Positions 61,995-64,000 of a stretch of 64,000 nucleotides of DNA are shown piece by piece; the first letter of the stretch is position 1; each line of letters opens with the position of its first letter. The notes beneath the pieces are model-generated. The model saw nothing but the letters and a program-made list of their open reading frames with translations, searched no databases and was not told where the DNA came from. The stretch comes from Octopus vulgaris (Eukaryota), in contig OX597821.1 of NCBI GenBank assembly GCA_951406725.2, forward strand, positions 71,114,001 to 71,178,000, read 5' to 3'. The translations under genes were made by a program, and so were the position numbers.

Positions 61995-62585
61995 ATTATA
62001 TACTCAAAATAAGCAACAAGTATATCCAAGGTAGAGTAGTACAATTGTTTCATGCTACTTCATTTTATTAAACACTGTAAGTATTACATCAGTTTTTAAA
62101 TTGCTCGACATTTTAAAACTGATGTAATACTTACAGTGTTTAATAAAATGAAGTAGCACGAAACAATTGTACTGCTCTACCTTGGATATACTTGTTGCTT
62201 ATTTTGATTATAATCACCCCATTTGATTTATATGGATAATACCATACAAAATTCTGGTGTCTTTAACTTAAGTACCACCATATTCATCTGAATATATGTA
62301 TGTTTTTGTTACCATTTTTACCCCTCCGCAAAAAAATCTCAAATTTTATTTAATTTGATTTTCGCGGGAAGGAAAATTTCATTGAAGTCATGTATCGCCT
62401 TGACCTTCGAAACGTGGAGTAGATGAAATTAAGGCGACTGAAGAAGGGGAATTTTCCTTTTTTTGTATGTCCTGTACTCTATTTTTTCGTTGTTTTTAAA
62501 AAAAAAATGTCCATTTTCTTGGTTTTGTGTTTATGTTTTCGTTTCTCATTGTGTTCGACGTTTTTTTGGTGTCCTGTACCCATAT
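61995..62585 (+). mobile_element. Microsatellite-flanked element with ~100-bp-arm foldback (62004-62207), probably a Penelope-like terminal remnant
   Basis: tcaaaataagcaacaagtatatccaaggtagag..aaaa / tttt..ctctaccttggatatacttgttgcttattttga, flanked by (TA)/(TATG) tracts. Hammerhead core motifs lie downstream. The PLE assignment is inferred. Confidence 0.55.
62369..62459 (+). ncRNA. Candidate hammerhead ribozyme with rearranged strand order
   Basis: GUA at 62392-62394, GAAA at 62409-62412 and CUGAAGA at 62438-62444, each flanked by the expected helices (see findings). Confidence 0.45.
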
Positions 62586-62638
62586 ATGTATGTATATATA
62601 CATGTAGAGGTAGGTACGTACATATATGTATGTATATA

Positions 62639-62686
<48 letters not shown>

Positions 62687-62834
62687 CATACATATACACG
62701 CCACACATATACATACACACACATATTCGTGTACAGTCATGTTTAACATGTTTGAATGTATTCGGACGTGACAAGATCTTATTACGCCTGGTTTCACTTG
62801 AATACGTTCAACATGACTTTAGAGAAATATATTT

Positions 62835-63232
62835 TACGAGCAGTATCGCCCGGCGTTGCTCGGGTTTGTAAGGGAAATAACTATATAAGCACTTTTAGAG
62901 AGTTATAGCCAAAAAATAGCAAAAAAATGCATTAAAAATGAAAAAAATGATAGTAATTTTTTTTTTAAATCGTTGACTCATCGTAGACATTTTTAGAGAG
63001 TTACTTCCCTTATATAATAGCGAAAAAATGCATTAAAATGGAAAAAAATGATGGTAACTTGTTTTTAAACTCGTAGACTCATCGTAGACGCGCGCTAATA
63101 CCCAGAAGGGCTCGATATGAATCACGACATAAGATACCCAGTTTTGGTTAAACTGCACCGCAAAATGTGGGAGTAGTTAGGAATCTAAATCGTAGGGGAC
63201 AGACACACAACTTCTCTTTTATATATAAAGAT
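62835..63232 (-). mobile_element. Non-autonomous Helitron; another Helitron end starts at ~63310
   Basis: gcagtatcgcccggcgttgctcggg hairpin end and ..ttttatatataaaga 5' end. tactagcaaagatacccggcgttgc at 63309. Confidence 0.75.
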
Positions 63233-63257
63233 TTGACGCTGCTTCGTGCGGCACATT

Positions 63258-63311
<54 letters not shown>

Positions 63312-64000
63312 TAGCAAAGATACCCGGCGTTGCACAGGGTTTAAATGGCATAGTTTGTATGCATGGTACAGTTAAGTTGAAACATGTGGTACGGGGAAGC
63401 GTGGCGCTGACGACAAAACATTTGTGGAGTAAATGGAGGGTTAATTCGTCTAAGTGGCATGCCATGCGTCTGTTTGGAAGATTTGTCATGGAAAAGTGGG
63501 TGGGGGTATGTGATTTGTGAACGCACCAAAAAGCTCTCAGTGGATATACTCTCCTCTACGGCTGTCGGCGCTGCTGCTACCACGCTATACAATCAGCAGA
63601 CATAGGAACTACATCTATGTAATAAATAAAGCCTGTGGGTGCACTGAACAGCACAACATGAGAGAAATCTACATGAAAGAAAGGATGTGGTAAGGGTGGG
63701 GATTGGCAAGGAAGCGCTTGGAAACAACACTGTCGTCATGCGGTATTTCGGTTTGGAATCAATAGTCGTAGCTCAACTGTGCATCCCATCGTGTAAACAG
63801 CGTGCGACCATTGTGAGGACAGCTCAGCTCCCAAACGAAAGCAGTTCTGCATGTAGCGTCTGGGAATACAAGGCCACATTAAGGACACAGTCTCTAACAA
63901 ACGTGTTTGGGTTTTAAACACCATAAATTAGAAGGTTAATGTTCATGCGATACGTTAGTTTTGTAATCAACAGCTGAAAAATATTTGTATGGGCTTCATC

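Overview
AT-rich, repeat-dense animal genomic DNA. The SINE/RTE/microsatellite landscape strongly resembles an octopus (coleoid cephalopod) genome; this is an inference, not a search result. Three protein-coding genes can be built by hand. (1) ZNG1/CBWD (COG0523 Zn-chaperone GTPase): first two coding exons on the - strand at 922-1006 and 427-513, continuing off the left edge, with its non-coding first exon somewhere further right. (2) An intronless-CDS ZDHHC16 palmitoyltransferase on the - strand (16602-17750). (3) A complete 10-exon TRNAU1AP/SECp43 on the + strand (22604-48596, 990 nt, 329 aa), head-to-head with ZDHHC16 across a CpG-rich promoter zone (~18-23 kb). The rest is mostly SINEs, RTE-type LINE fragments, mariner/pogo relics, MITEs, non-autonomous Helitrons and microsatellites, and most ORFs in the supplied track are artefacts of these. 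The most unusual observations, all hypotheses needing tests: the SECp43 frame continues 226 codons past its stop with only UGA interruptions; ZDHHC16 may sit inside ZNG1's 5'-UTR intron and share its promoter or first exon; a complete hammerhead-ribozyme core occurs in a non-circular (pseudoknotted) strand order at ~62.4 kb; and head-to-tail SINE multimers share one junction at separate loci.
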